Positions 17,198 to 25,593 of a stretch of 52,950 nucleotides of DNA are shown here, piece after piece. The stretch covers positions 1 to 52,950 of the forward strand of contig DATBMG010000026.1 of the NCBI GenBank assembly GCA_036554965.1, written 5' to 3'. Both the position numbers and the translations under genes were made by a program. The notes under the pieces are model-generated. The model did no database searches. It had not been told where the DNA came from and saw only the letters and a list, made by a program, of their open reading frames with translations. The first letter of the stretch is position 1. Each line of letters begins with the position of its first letter. The stretch comes from Burkholderiales bacterium (lineage in GTDB: Bacteria; Pseudomonadota; Gammaproteobacteria; Burkholderiales; SHXO01).

Positions 17198-18934
17198 CTA
17201 CCACCCTCCGCCGCCGCCGCCACCTCCGCCGCCACCCGACGAGCCGCCTCCGCCGCCCCCCGAGGAGTCGCCCGGCGCGGTGGAAGCCGAGGAGACCGCG
17301 GAGTCGAAGGAGCTGGAAAGCGACGAGGAGAAGCCGCCCAGGTCGTTCGCGTCCCAGCGGTCGCCGTGATACCAATCCGGCGAGTGGCCCTGAGTCAGGA
17401 ACACGCCGGCGAACTTCTGCGACCAGCGCTGCTCGACGCCCAACGCCAGCGCGAACGGCAGGTAGGCCTCGAACAGGCCCGGGGTCTTGCGCGGCGCCCC
17501 CGCGAGCTTCAGTTCGTCGCCCTCGGCGACGTCGAGGTACAGGCGAAACCCTTCGATCTGGTCCAGGCGCTTGCGCCCCTCGCGCGTAGGCGCCTTGAGC
17601 AGCCTGCCGAACACCGCGTTGGCGATCAGCGCGACCGCGCCCAACGTGATCGTCGCCCAGCCCCCGGGCGTGAGCAGGAACCAGTCCTGCCCGTAGCCGC
17701 CCGCGATCGCCGGCGCCACCACGCCCAGCGCAACGGCGAGGCCCGTGAGAAAGATGCCGAGCGCGTGCCACTTGCCGTTCACGTGGAAGAAGCTCTTCAG
17801 GTACTTGCGCTTGAGCGCCACCTCGTGCGCGCTCTTGGCCTGGCGCAGGATCGCGTGGTTCTCGTCATCGAGCAGCAGCGTGTCGCGCGCGCCGAGCACC
17901 TCGCGCAACAGCGCGTGCTCGTCGGGCCCGAGCGGCGTCTGCGAGCCGCGCGTGCGGTGCAGCGTGTACTTGCCTTTCTTCAGGAATCCACCGCCCTGCT
18001 GCTCGATCGTGAGATAGCCCTTCACCGCCAGCCCCAGAATCCCGGCCACGAAGCAGCGGTTGTCGTAGGCCATGCGCTGCAGATAGCGCATCGACGCCGG
18101 TGTTTCGCCCTCGGGCGGCTGGTATCGCGGAATGACCACATCGCCGGCCGGATCGCGGCCCACGCGGCGCCACATCAGCAGGTAATAGCCGAGCACGCAG
18201 AGCAGGCCCAGCGCGCCGAAGGTCAGGGGCCGGTTGTCGCGCAGGAAATGGCGCAGCCTGGCGCTCGCGGACGGAGCGCTCACCAGCCCCTTCGGCCACA
18301 TCACCACGATGGTGAGCCCTTCGCGCGGGGCGAGCGGGCGCGTGGTCTCGAATCTCGCCACGCCGTCGCGCAGCAGCGCGCGGTAGTTCTGCCACTTCGC
18401 GCCCATGGGTCCGGTATAGCCCTCCAGGCGCACGGACTCGTCGGATGCGCCGGCGGGAAGGAGCACCTCCGCGCTCGCCGCATCGATCGGGAAGTCCCAG
18501 TCCACGCCGGTCACGTTCCAGTACAGCTCGTCGTGCTCCGGGAAAAAGCCGAGCTGGCGGTCGGTGCGATAGCGGATCTCGTAGGTGTACTCGCCTGGCG
18601 AGAGAAATCGGTCTTTGTCGCCGATGTAGAGCGCCACGCCGTTGCTGCGCCGCGCGGTGTGATACGGCTCGATTGCGCCGTCGCGTCGCACCGACACGGG
18701 AGCGAAGCTCACCGTGGTGCGGTTGCCGCGCCGGTCGGTGTAGAGGGTCGGGAACTCGCGGAAGATCCCGCGCCGGATGCGATCGCCCTCGGCCCGGACA
18801 CGGAGCGTCTCGGTCACGATCAAGCTGCCCTCGGGTCGGATCTCGATGCGGCTGTCGAAGGACAGGATGCGCTCGCCGGCGCCGGCCGCGCCGCTCAGGA
18901 GCAGCATGACAGCGAACAGCAGGCGTCGCATCAT
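17198..18934 (-). CDS. DUF2207 domain-containing membrane protein
   Basis: Signal peptide MMRRLLFAVMLLLSGAAGA, extracytoplasmic N-domain (ILSFDSRIEIRPEGSLIVTE...), central TM helices, and a Gly-rich tail ...SSGGGGGGGGGGGW. The start overlaps the lemA stop (ATGA). Confidence 0.85.
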   Translation of the reverse strand: MMRRLLFAVMLLLSGAAGAGERILSFDSRIEIRPEGSLIVTETLRVRAEGDRIRRGIFREFPTLYTDRRGNRTTVSFAPVSVRRDGAIEPYHTARRSNGVALYIGDKDRFLSPGEYTYEIRYRTDRQLGFFPEHDELYWNVTGVDWDFPIDAASAEVLLPAGASDESVRLEGYTGPMGAKWQNYRALLRDGVARFETTRPLAPREGLTIVVMWPKGLVSAPSASARLRHFLRDNRPLTFGALGLLCVLGYYLLMWRRVGRDPAGDVVIPRYQPPEGETPASMRYLQRMAYDNRCFVAGILGLAVKGYLTIEQQGGGFLKKGKYTLHRTRGSQTPLGPDEHALLREVLGARDTLLLDDENHAILRQAKSAHEVALKRKYLKSFFHVNGKWHALGIFLTGLAVALGVVAPAIAGGYGQDWFLLTPGGWATITLGAVALIANAVFGRLLKAPTREGRKRLDQIEGFRLYLDVAEGDELKLAGAPRKTPGLFEAYLPFALALGVEQRWSQKFAGVFLTQGHSPDWYHGDRWDANDLGGFSSSLSSSFDSAVSSASTAPGDSSGGGGGGSSGGGGGGGGGGGW

Positions 18935-19476
18935 CGCACCTCCGCAGGCTGTGCCTCAACGGGGGCTTGCAGCTCGAAGTACTCCGCCGGCCGGAACCCG
19001 AGCAGGCGCGCCACCAGCAGATCGGGGAAGGTGTCCACCCGCGTGTTCAGGTTGTTGACCGTGCCGTTGTAGTAGCGCCGGGCGTACTGGATCTGATCTT
19101 CGGCTTGCGACAGGCCACGCTGGAGATCGAGGAAGCCCTGGCTCGCCTTTAGCTCCGGATACGATTCGGCCACCGCCATTATCTTGTGCACACCGCGTCC
19201 GAGCGCGGCTTCGGGGCGGCTCTTGCCGGCGGGGCCGCTCGCCTCCTGCGCCTGCGATCGCGCCAACACCAGGCGCTCCAGCACGCCGCGCTCGTAGCCG
19301 GCGTGCTGCTGGACCACTTCCACGAGCTTGGGGATCAGGTCGTGGCGGCGCTTGAGCTGGACGTCCACGTCGCTCCAGGCTGCGGCCACCCGCGCACGGT
19401 CTCGCACCAGCAGGTTGTAGGCGAATATGCCCCAGACGATCAGGGCGGCGGCGATGACGGCGGCGATGACGGTCAT
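18931..19476 (-). CDS. lemA: LemA family protein
   Basis: N-terminal TM helix followed by LemA motifs (AWSDVDVQLKRRHDLIPKLVE, YPELKASQGFLDLQ, ARRYYNGTVNNLNTRVDTFP). Confidence 0.9.
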   Translation of the reverse strand: MTVIAAVIAAALIVWGIFAYNLLVRDRARVAAAWSDVDVQLKRRHDLIPKLVEVVQQHAGYERGVLERLVLARSQAQEASGPAGKSRPEAALGRGVHKIMAVAESYPELKASQGFLDLQRGLSQAEDQIQYARRYYNGTVNNLNTRVDTFPDLLVARLLGFRPAEYFELQAPVEAQPAEVR

Positions 19477-19573
19477 GACGGCGCGTGACGGTTGTCCCGC
19501 CGGCCGGCATGCAGGATGTGCGCCAGGCGCGAGGTCCGGCCCGCGGCGGATTGCGGCCGCGACCCGCGCAGCG

Positions 19574-20113
19574 CTATCGGTCGCCGGGCCGCTCGTGCAG
19601 GAGGTGCACCGTTATCGAGAGACCCTCGGGCGGGAGCGTGAACTTGGCGTCCTCCCAGAGCGGATCCTCGTGCAGGTTGGCCTTGTTGTTCGACACTCCC
19701 CAGGGTTCCAGGGACAGGCCGCCGAGCGTGATGTCGAGCCTCTCGTCGCCGTTCAGATCCTGGAACAGACCCAGCCCATACTCGCCCGGCTCGAGGTCGG
19801 TGAAGCGCAGGATGACGGTGCGGCCTTGCACTGGCGCCACGACGGTGTCGACCGGGTCTTTCAGGAAGTCGCTCTCGCGGGCGAACACGCCGGTGACGAT
19901 CTCTCCTTCGCTCACCACCGCGCGGATCTTGACGGCGGAGGCGAAGGCCTCGGCGTTGTCGAACAGCGCTGCGCGCACCTCTCCCTTGCGTGGCTTGACG
20001 TTGCGCACCTCGACTTGCAGATCGGCGGCCGCCGCACCCCCGGCCACCAGGACGCACAGCGCCGCGAGGCAAGCCAGTTGCGAACACGACCGCGGGTTGA
20101 GCCTCAAGCGCAT
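19574..20113 (-). CDS. DUF2141 domain-containing secreted protein
   Basis: In-frame ATG at 20113, signal peptide, and a DUF2141-like beta-sandwich pattern (LQVEVRNVKPRKGEVRAALFDN..., GEYGLGLFQDLNGDERLD). Confidence 0.7.
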   Translation of the reverse strand: MRLRLNPRSCSQLACLAALCVLVAGGAAAADLQVEVRNVKPRKGEVRAALFDNAEAFASAVKIRAVVSEGEIVTGVFARESDFLKDPVDTVVAPVQGRTVILRFTDLEPGEYGLGLFQDLNGDERLDITLGGLSLEPWGVSNNKANLHEDPLWEDAKFTLPPEGLSITVHLLHERPGDR

Positions 20114-20237
20114 GGTTTCGGCGCGTCGATTACAGGCCATGGTAGCGCGCCTGCGAGGGGACTAGGAAGGGGTTTTTTCAGCGCGCTGCCGCGCCGCACG
20201 ACGGCGTGATTCTTGCCTCGCAGGGGGTGTTGAACTC

Positions 20238-20858
20238 TTGATGCGGCCGCCGGCCGCGGCTGGCCATCCCCGACCCATGTTGCGCAACCTCTTGTACCAG
20301 CGAGGATCGTTCGGCCGTGTCCGGCTGCTGTCGCGGTGCTGGATCGAGCTGCGCTTTCGCTGGCACGCGAGCAAGAAGGGCGTGTGGGTCGCTGCGTTCG
20401 TGGCCGGTGTCGCAGTCGGCGCATTTGCCGTGCTGATCCAATCCATCGTGACCCATGCCACGCGAGTGCGCGAGCTGACCTGCCTGGCACGCAACGTGTA
20501 CTACGAAGCGCGGGGAGAGCCGGCGGCCGGACGCTACGCCGTCGCGGAAGTCACCATGAACCGGGTGCGCTCGCGCCGCTTTCCGAACACCGTGTGCGAG
20601 GTCGTCTACGAGAAGAACTGGGACTATCTGCGCAAGCGCTATGTGAGCGCATTTTCCTGGACGGAGTTCGACAGCACCCCGCATCCCGAACGCGAGCTGT
20701 GGGAACAGGCCTGGGAGGCGGCCGAGGCGGTGTACGACCGGCGCCGTCCGCCGATGCTGCGCGGCGCGATGCACTATCACGCCACCTACATCAAGCCGAG
20801 CTGGGCACGCGGCAAGCGGCCGCTCGCGAAGATCGGCCGGCACGTGTTCTACCGATAG
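20238..20858 (+). CDS. Cell wall hydrolase (SleB/CwlJ, Hydrolase_2 family), membrane-anchored
   Basis: TM helix VWVAAFVAGVAVGAFAVLI, then ARNVYYEARGE...AVAEVTMNRV...FPNTVCEVVY...HYHATYIKPSWA. The start (20238 vs 20277) is uncertain. Confidence 0.8.
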   Translation: MMRPPAAAGHPRPMLRNLLYQRGSFGRVRLLSRCWIELRFRWHASKKGVWVAAFVAGVAVGAFAVLIQSIVTHATRVRELTCLARNVYYEARGEPAAGRYAVAEVTMNRVRSRRFPNTVCEVVYEKNWDYLRKRYVSAFSWTEFDSTPHPERELWEQAWEAAEAVYDRRRPPMLRGAMHYHATYIKPSWARGKRPLAKIGRHVFYR

Positions 20859-20953
20859 GAGCGCTGCCTCGCGCCTTCGGTCGCGCACGTCCCACCGTCC
20901 GGCGGTACACTTTCGCCGCAACCTGCTCGAGCACCTGTACGGAGAACCGTCCG

Positions 20954-21421
20954 ATGAGCGCCACCACGCCGAAAGCGACCCACCATGCCAACCTGCCACC
21001 GCTTGCTTCGCGCTTCGTCGACGTCGCGGCGCTGCCCTGGGAGCGAGGTGTGTATCCCGGGATCGAAACCAAGACGCTGCTGGTGGATCGCGCCAGCGGC
21101 CTGCTTACCATGCTGCTCAGAATGGCGCCGGGCGCGAAGCTGCCGGACCACGAGCATGTGCTGATCGAGCAGACTTATGTGCTCCAGGGCAGCCTGGTAT
21201 GCGGTGAGGGCGTATGCCAGGCGGGCGATTACGTGTGGCGGCCGGCAGGCAGCCGGCACGAAGCCTGGGCCGGACCCGAGGGCGGGTTGATGCTGGGGAT
21301 GTTCCAGATCCCCAATCGCTTCTTCCAGGCCGACGGGCGCGCGGTGGACTTTCTCGGCAACGACTGGGACAAAGCCTGGGGCGCGGCGCTAGAGCGCCAG
21401 GAGCAGGCGCACCTCGCGTAG
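20954..21421 (+). CDS. Cupin domain protein (ChrR-type cupin)
   Basis: In-frame ATG at 20954 after GGAG. 155 aa with the cupin core LPDHEHVLIEQTYVLQGSL...GDYVWRPAGSRHEAW. Confidence 0.7.
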   Translation: MSATTPKATHHANLPPLASRFVDVAALPWERGVYPGIETKTLLVDRASGLLTMLLRMAPGAKLPDHEHVLIEQTYVLQGSLVCGEGVCQAGDYVWRPAGSRHEAWAGPEGGLMLGMFQIPNRFFQADGRAVDFLGNDWDKAWGAALERQEQAHLA

Positions 21422-21482
21422 CCGGCATGGCGGCACTGGCACCGCCGTGCCTATGCGGGGGGCCGGGCGCCGGGGGTTTGCG

Positions 21483-22727
21483 ATGACTGCAACGATCAAT
21501 GCCCAGCGGCTGTGGGACTCGCTCATGCAGCTGGCCCGGATCGGCGCCACCAAGAAAGGCGGTGTGTGTCGCCTCGCTCTGTCCGAGCTCGACGGCGAAG
21601 CGCGCGCGCTGTTCATCGGCTGGTGCAAGGAGGCGGGCTGCACCGTCAAGGTGGATGCGATCGGCAATATCTTCGCGCGCCGCCCTGGACAGGATGATCG
21701 TGCGCCTGCCGTCGTCACGGGCAGCCACATCGACACGCAGCCCTCGGGGGGCAAATTCGACGGCAACTACGGCGTGCTGGCCGGCCTGGAGGTGGTGCGC
21801 ACGCTGAACGATCTGGGCGTGAAGACGCGAGCGCCGGTCGAGGTCGCGGTCTGGACCAACGAGGAAGGCTCGCGCTTTACCCCGGGGATGATGGGCTCGG
21901 GCGTGTTCGTCGGCGAGTTCGCGCTGAACGCCATCCTGCAGCGCGCCGACATCGACGGCGTCAGCGTCGGCGAAGCGCTGCGCAGGATCGGGTATGCCGG
22001 GGCCGAACCGCCGGGCGGCCGGCCGCTGGGTGCGTACTTCGAGGCGCACATCGAGCAGGGGCCGGTCCTCGAGAACGAGCACAAGGTGCTGGGCGTGGTG
22101 CTCGGCGCACTCGGACTGCGCTGGTACGACGTCGTGATCAGCGGACAGGATGCGCACGCGGGTCCGACGCCGATGGGCCTGCGCAAGGATGCGCTGGTCG
22201 CCGCCGCCCGCATCGTCGCGGAGGTGAACGCGCTCGCTGATCGCTTCCAGCCCGACGGCCGGGGCACGGTGGGGTTCATGCAAGTGAAGCCGAACTCGCG
22301 CAACGTGGTCCCGGGCGAAGTGCGCTTCTCGGTCGATCTTCGGCACGCCGAGGACGAGCCGCTGGAGCGCATGGAGCAAGAGATGCGCGCTGCCTGCGAG
22401 CGCCTGGCGAGCGCGCAACGCTGCACGGCGAGCGTCGAGCGGGTCGCCAGCTATCCCGCCTGCCGGTTCGACCACGGCTGCGCGAGCGCGGTGCGCAACG
22501 CCGCGCAGCGGCTCGGCCTCAGCCACATGGATATCGTCAGCGGCGCCGGCCACGACGCGATCTACCTGGCGCGCGTCTGCCCCACGGGCATGATCTTCGT
22601 GCCGTGCGAGGGCGGCATCAGCCACAACGAGATCGAGAACGCGAAGCCGGAGCACCTCGCAGCCGGCTGCGACGTACTGCTGCAGGTGATGCTGGAACGC
22701 GCAGGGACGGTGCCGGTCGCGCCTTAA
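21483..22727 (+). CDS. M20-family Zn-dependent amidohydrolase (allantoate amidohydrolase / N-carbamoyl-L-amino-acid hydrolase type)
   Basis: TGSHIDTQPSGGKFDGNYGVLAGLEV, WTNEEGSRF and GAGHDA motifs. In-frame ATG at 21483. Confidence 0.85.
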   Translation: MTATINAQRLWDSLMQLARIGATKKGGVCRLALSELDGEARALFIGWCKEAGCTVKVDAIGNIFARRPGQDDRAPAVVTGSHIDTQPSGGKFDGNYGVLAGLEVVRTLNDLGVKTRAPVEVAVWTNEEGSRFTPGMMGSGVFVGEFALNAILQRADIDGVSVGEALRRIGYAGAEPPGGRPLGAYFEAHIEQGPVLENEHKVLGVVLGALGLRWYDVVISGQDAHAGPTPMGLRKDALVAAARIVAEVNALADRFQPDGRGTVGFMQVKPNSRNVVPGEVRFSVDLRHAEDEPLERMEQEMRAACERLASAQRCTASVERVASYPACRFDHGCASAVRNAAQRLGLSHMDIVSGAGHDAIYLARVCPTGMIFVPCEGGISHNEIENAKPEHLAAGCDVLLQVMLERAGTVPVAP

Positions 22728-22739
22728 AGGCGCACCGCG

Positions 22740-23408
22740 TCACCCCACGTGCTTCGCCAGGAACTCCAGCGTGCGCTGCCGCGCGAGCTTCGCCGCGGCG
22801 GCGTCGTAGGACGCGCGCTGATCGCAGTTGAACCCGTGCCCGGCGGGGTAGAAGTGATGGATCTGGTCGGCGTGCGCCTTGGCGAACGCTTTCGCCTGGT
22901 CAAGCGGGATCGAATGATCGGTTTCGCCCCAGTGGAACATCACCGGGCAGCGCGGCTTCAGCCCGATCAGGCCCGGGATGCCGCCGCCGTAATAGGGCAC
23001 GGCGCAGTGCAAGCCGGAAAGGCTGGACGCCGACTTCCACGCGACCGTCCCACCCCAGCAGTAGCCGACGATGCCGGCCTTGCCGGCGGAGGCGATGTTC
23101 TGCAGCGCCGCGGCGATGTCCTTCATGGTGTCGTCGAGCGCGATCTTCTGGATCACGCCGATGCCGCGCTGGATCTCCTCTTGCGAGTAGCCGGTGTCGT
23201 AACCGCGCTGGACGCGGTCGAACAGCGCCGGGGCAAGGGCCAGATAGCCGTCCGCCGCGTAGCCGTCGGCCACGCTGCGGATGTGGCTGTTGACCCCGAA
23301 GATCTCCATCGCCACGATCAGGCCGCCGCGGGGCTTGCCGGTGGGTTCGGCGCGGTAGGCGAGGAGCTTGTGGCCGTCGGACGCGGTGAGCTCGATGGTC
23401 TTTCCCAT
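22740..23408 (-). CDS. Dienelactone hydrolase family protein
   Basis: 222 aa. GYCWGG nucleophile elbow and a C-terminal YPAGHGF motif. Confidence 0.9.
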   Translation of the reverse strand: MGKTIELTASDGHKLLAYRAEPTGKPRGGLIVAMEIFGVNSHIRSVADGYAADGYLALAPALFDRVQRGYDTGYSQEEIQRGIGVIQKIALDDTMKDIAAALQNIASAGKAGIVGYCWGGTVAWKSASSLSGLHCAVPYYGGGIPGLIGLKPRCPVMFHWGETDHSIPLDQAKAFAKAHADQIHHFYPAGHGFNCDQRASYDAAAAKLARQRTLEFLAKHVG

Positions 23409-23474
23409 GTCGGTCTCCTGGTGAGATAGCGTGGCTGTCGGATCATGCTACGCGAAGCGACCGTCGCGCGTGGA

Positions 23475-24281
23475 TCAGCGCCCCTTGAACGCCGGCTTGC
23501 GCTTCTGGTGGAAGGCCTCGACGCCCTCGCGGAAGTCCTCGGAAGTGCGCAGGCGGCTGTAGCAGTGGCCCTCCAGCTCGATGCCGACGGCAAGCGTGGC
23601 GTCCTCGGTGTCGTTGAGCAGCTTCTTGGCGGTGCGCTGCGCCAGCGGCGAGAAAGCGCGCAGCTCTTCGGCGAGCGCCGCGGTCGCCGCCTCGAGCTGC
23701 GCATCGGGCACGCACTCGGTGGCGATGCCCCAGTCGCAGGCCTGGCGGCCGCCGATGCGCCGCGAGCGCATCACCACGTCCTTGGTGCGCGCGATGCCGA
23801 TCATCTTCTGCAGGCGGGCCGAACCGCCGGAGCCCGGGATCTGGCCGAGCTTCTGTTCCGGCAGCGCGTACAACGCGGTGTCCGAAGCGATGCGGAAATC
23901 GCAGGCGAGCGACAGCTCGAAGCCCACGCCGAAGCAGTAGCCGCGGTTGGCGGCAATCACCGGTTTGCTGCAACGCGCGGGCGCGGCGACGTTCCAGGCG
24001 AGCTGCGAGACGTGTTCCGGCGAGGCGTCGAGGAAGCCCTGGATGTCGCCGCCGCTGGAGAAGTGCTCGCCGGCGGCGCGCAGGACCAGCACGCGCACGC
24101 GCGCGTCGGCATCCAGCGCCTCGAACACCAGGCGCAGTTGCTCGCGCTGCGGCATGGTGACGATGTTGAGCGGCGGGCGGTCGAGCACGATGTCGGCGCG
24201 CTCGTGCGCCGGATCGATCTCCACGCGGAAGCCGTCGAGGGCGTCGAGCAGGTGCTGGGCGGGATGGTTCAGGGCGGGCAT
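23475..24281 (-). CDS. Enoyl-CoA hydratase/isomerase (crotonase) family protein
   Basis: Crotonase signatures FSSGGDI and GYCFGVGFELSLACDFRIA. The start overlaps the stop of the upstream 2Fe-2S subunit gene by 13 nt. Confidence 0.9.
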   Translation of the reverse strand: MPALNHPAQHLLDALDGFRVEIDPAHERADIVLDRPPLNIVTMPQREQLRLVFEALDADARVRVLVLRAAGEHFSSGGDIQGFLDASPEHVSQLAWNVAAPARCSKPVIAANRGYCFGVGFELSLACDFRIASDTALYALPEQKLGQIPGSGGSARLQKMIGIARTKDVVMRSRRIGGRQACDWGIATECVPDAQLEAATAALAEELRAFSPLAQRTAKKLLNDTEDATLAVGIELEGHCYSRLRTSEDFREGVEAFHQKRKPAFKGR

Positions 24282-24778
24282 CTGCTCCTCTCAGGGCGCT
24301 CGGCGGCCGCGTCGAGCACGGCGCGCACGATGTTGGTGTAGCCGGTGCAGCGGCACAGGTGTCCGGACAGCATCTCGCGCACCTGTTGCTCGCTCGGCTG
24401 CGGCACGCGCTCCAGGAACTGGGTCGCGGACAGCAGGATGCCCGGCGTGCAGTAGCCGCATTGCAGCGCGTGATGGCGCTTGAAGGCGCGCTGCAGCGCG
24501 CTCATGCCCTGCGCTCCGGCGAGCCCCTCCACCGTGTCCACGCGCTGGCCGTCGGCTTGCACCGCGAGCATCAGACACGCGCGCACCGCCGTCCCGTCCA
24601 CCCGCACCGTGCATGCGCCGCACACGCCGTGCTCGCACCCCACGTGCGTGCCGGTCGCGCCCAGCTCCTGGCGCAGGAAGTCCGAGAGCAGGGTGCGGCT
24701 GTCGCACCAGCCGCTGCGCTCCACGCCGTTGAGCGTGACATCGACGCGGCAACGCGCATCGCGCTCGATGCGCTTCAT
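24269..24778 (-). CDS. (2Fe-2S)-binding small subunit of a molybdenum hydroxylase (CoxS/HmfC-like)
   Basis: In-frame ATG at 24778. Cys motifs CEHGVCGACTV and CGYCTPG...CRCTGY. 4-nt overlap with the FAD subunit gene stop. Confidence 0.9.
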   Translation of the reverse strand: MKRIERDARCRVDVTLNGVERSGWCDSRTLLSDFLRQELGATGTHVGCEHGVCGACTVRVDGTAVRACLMLAVQADGQRVDTVEGLAGAQGMSALQRAFKRHHALQCGYCTPGILLSATQFLERVPQPSEQQVREMLSGHLCRCTGYTNIVRAVLDAAAERPERSRCPP

Positions 24779-25593
24779 GCGCAGGCCGCCTCGACGGCGC
24801 GGCGTCCCAGATGGCGCACCAGATGGCGCCGGTACTTGGCGGGAGCGTGGGGATCGCTGCGTGCGTCGATCTCCCAGGCGAAATCGTTGAGCGCCGCGTC
24901 CAGGTCGGCGCTCGCCAGGCGCGGCCAGCGCGCCAGCCGCGGCCGGTCGCCGGCGCCGCCGACCGCGAAGCGGATCTCGTCCGCGCCGGCCACGGCGGCG
25001 CAGGCGACGATGGCGAAGTCGCCGTGCCGCTGGGCCAGTTCCGCGAAGCCGTATCCGAGGCCGGAACGATGCAGCGGGAAGCGCACTTCCTCGACCAGCT
25101 CGTGGGCCGTGCGCGCCGTGCTGAGCATGCCCTGGAAGAAATCGCCGGCAGCTACGGTGCGCGTTCCGCGCGCCGAACGCAGCACGACTTCGCCGCCCAG
25201 AGCGGTCAGCGCCAGCGGCAGCTCGGCGCTCGGATCGGCGTGCGCGATCGACCCGCAGACGGTGCCGCGACTGCGCACCTGGAAGTGCGAGATGTGCGGG
25301 AAAGCGAGCGCCAGCAGCGGCACCTCGCGGGCGAGGTCCGAACGCCATTCCACTTTGGCCTGAGTGCAGGCCGCGCCAACGCACAGCGCGTCGCGCTCGG
25401 GGCGCGCGTAATCGAGCGCCGGGACCCGCGAGATGTCCACCACCAGCGCCGGAGACGCCAGCCGCATGTTGAGCAGCGGCATCAGCGACTGCCCGCCAGC
25501 GAGGATGCGCGCGTCGTCGCCGTGCTCGCACAGCAGCGCCGTGGCCTCTTCCACGGACTCGACGCGCACGTAGTCGAACGCGCAAGGCTTCAC
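24775..25593 (-). CDS. FAD-binding medium subunit of a molybdenum hydroxylase (CoxM/HmfB-like)
   Basis: GTG at 25593 overlaps the large-subunit stop (GTGA). FAD-binding PCMH motif ILAGGQSLMPLLNMR. 272 aa. Confidence 0.85.
   Translation of the reverse strand: MKPCAFDYVRVESVEEATALLCEHGDDARILAGGQSLMPLLNMRLASPALVVDISRVPALDYARPERDALCVGAACTQAKVEWRSDLAREVPLLALAFPHISHFQVRSRGTVCGSIAHADPSAELPLALTALGGEVVLRSARGTRTVAAGDFFQGMLSTARTAHELVEEVRFPLHRSGLGYGFAELAQRHGDFAIVACAAVAGADEIRFAVGGAGDRPRLARWPRLASADLDAALNDFAWEIDARSDPHAPAKYRRHLVRHLGRRAVEAACA

Noticed and set aside
17085-17369. Plus-strand ORF encoding a poly-proline run (PPPPPPPPPPP), and the GGC/GCC-rich tract itself as a possible novel low-complexity element.
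   Set aside because: It is the reverse-complement image of the Gly-rich C-terminal tail (…GGGGGGGGGGGW) of the DUF2207 protein. As far as I recall, such a tail is a common feature of that family.
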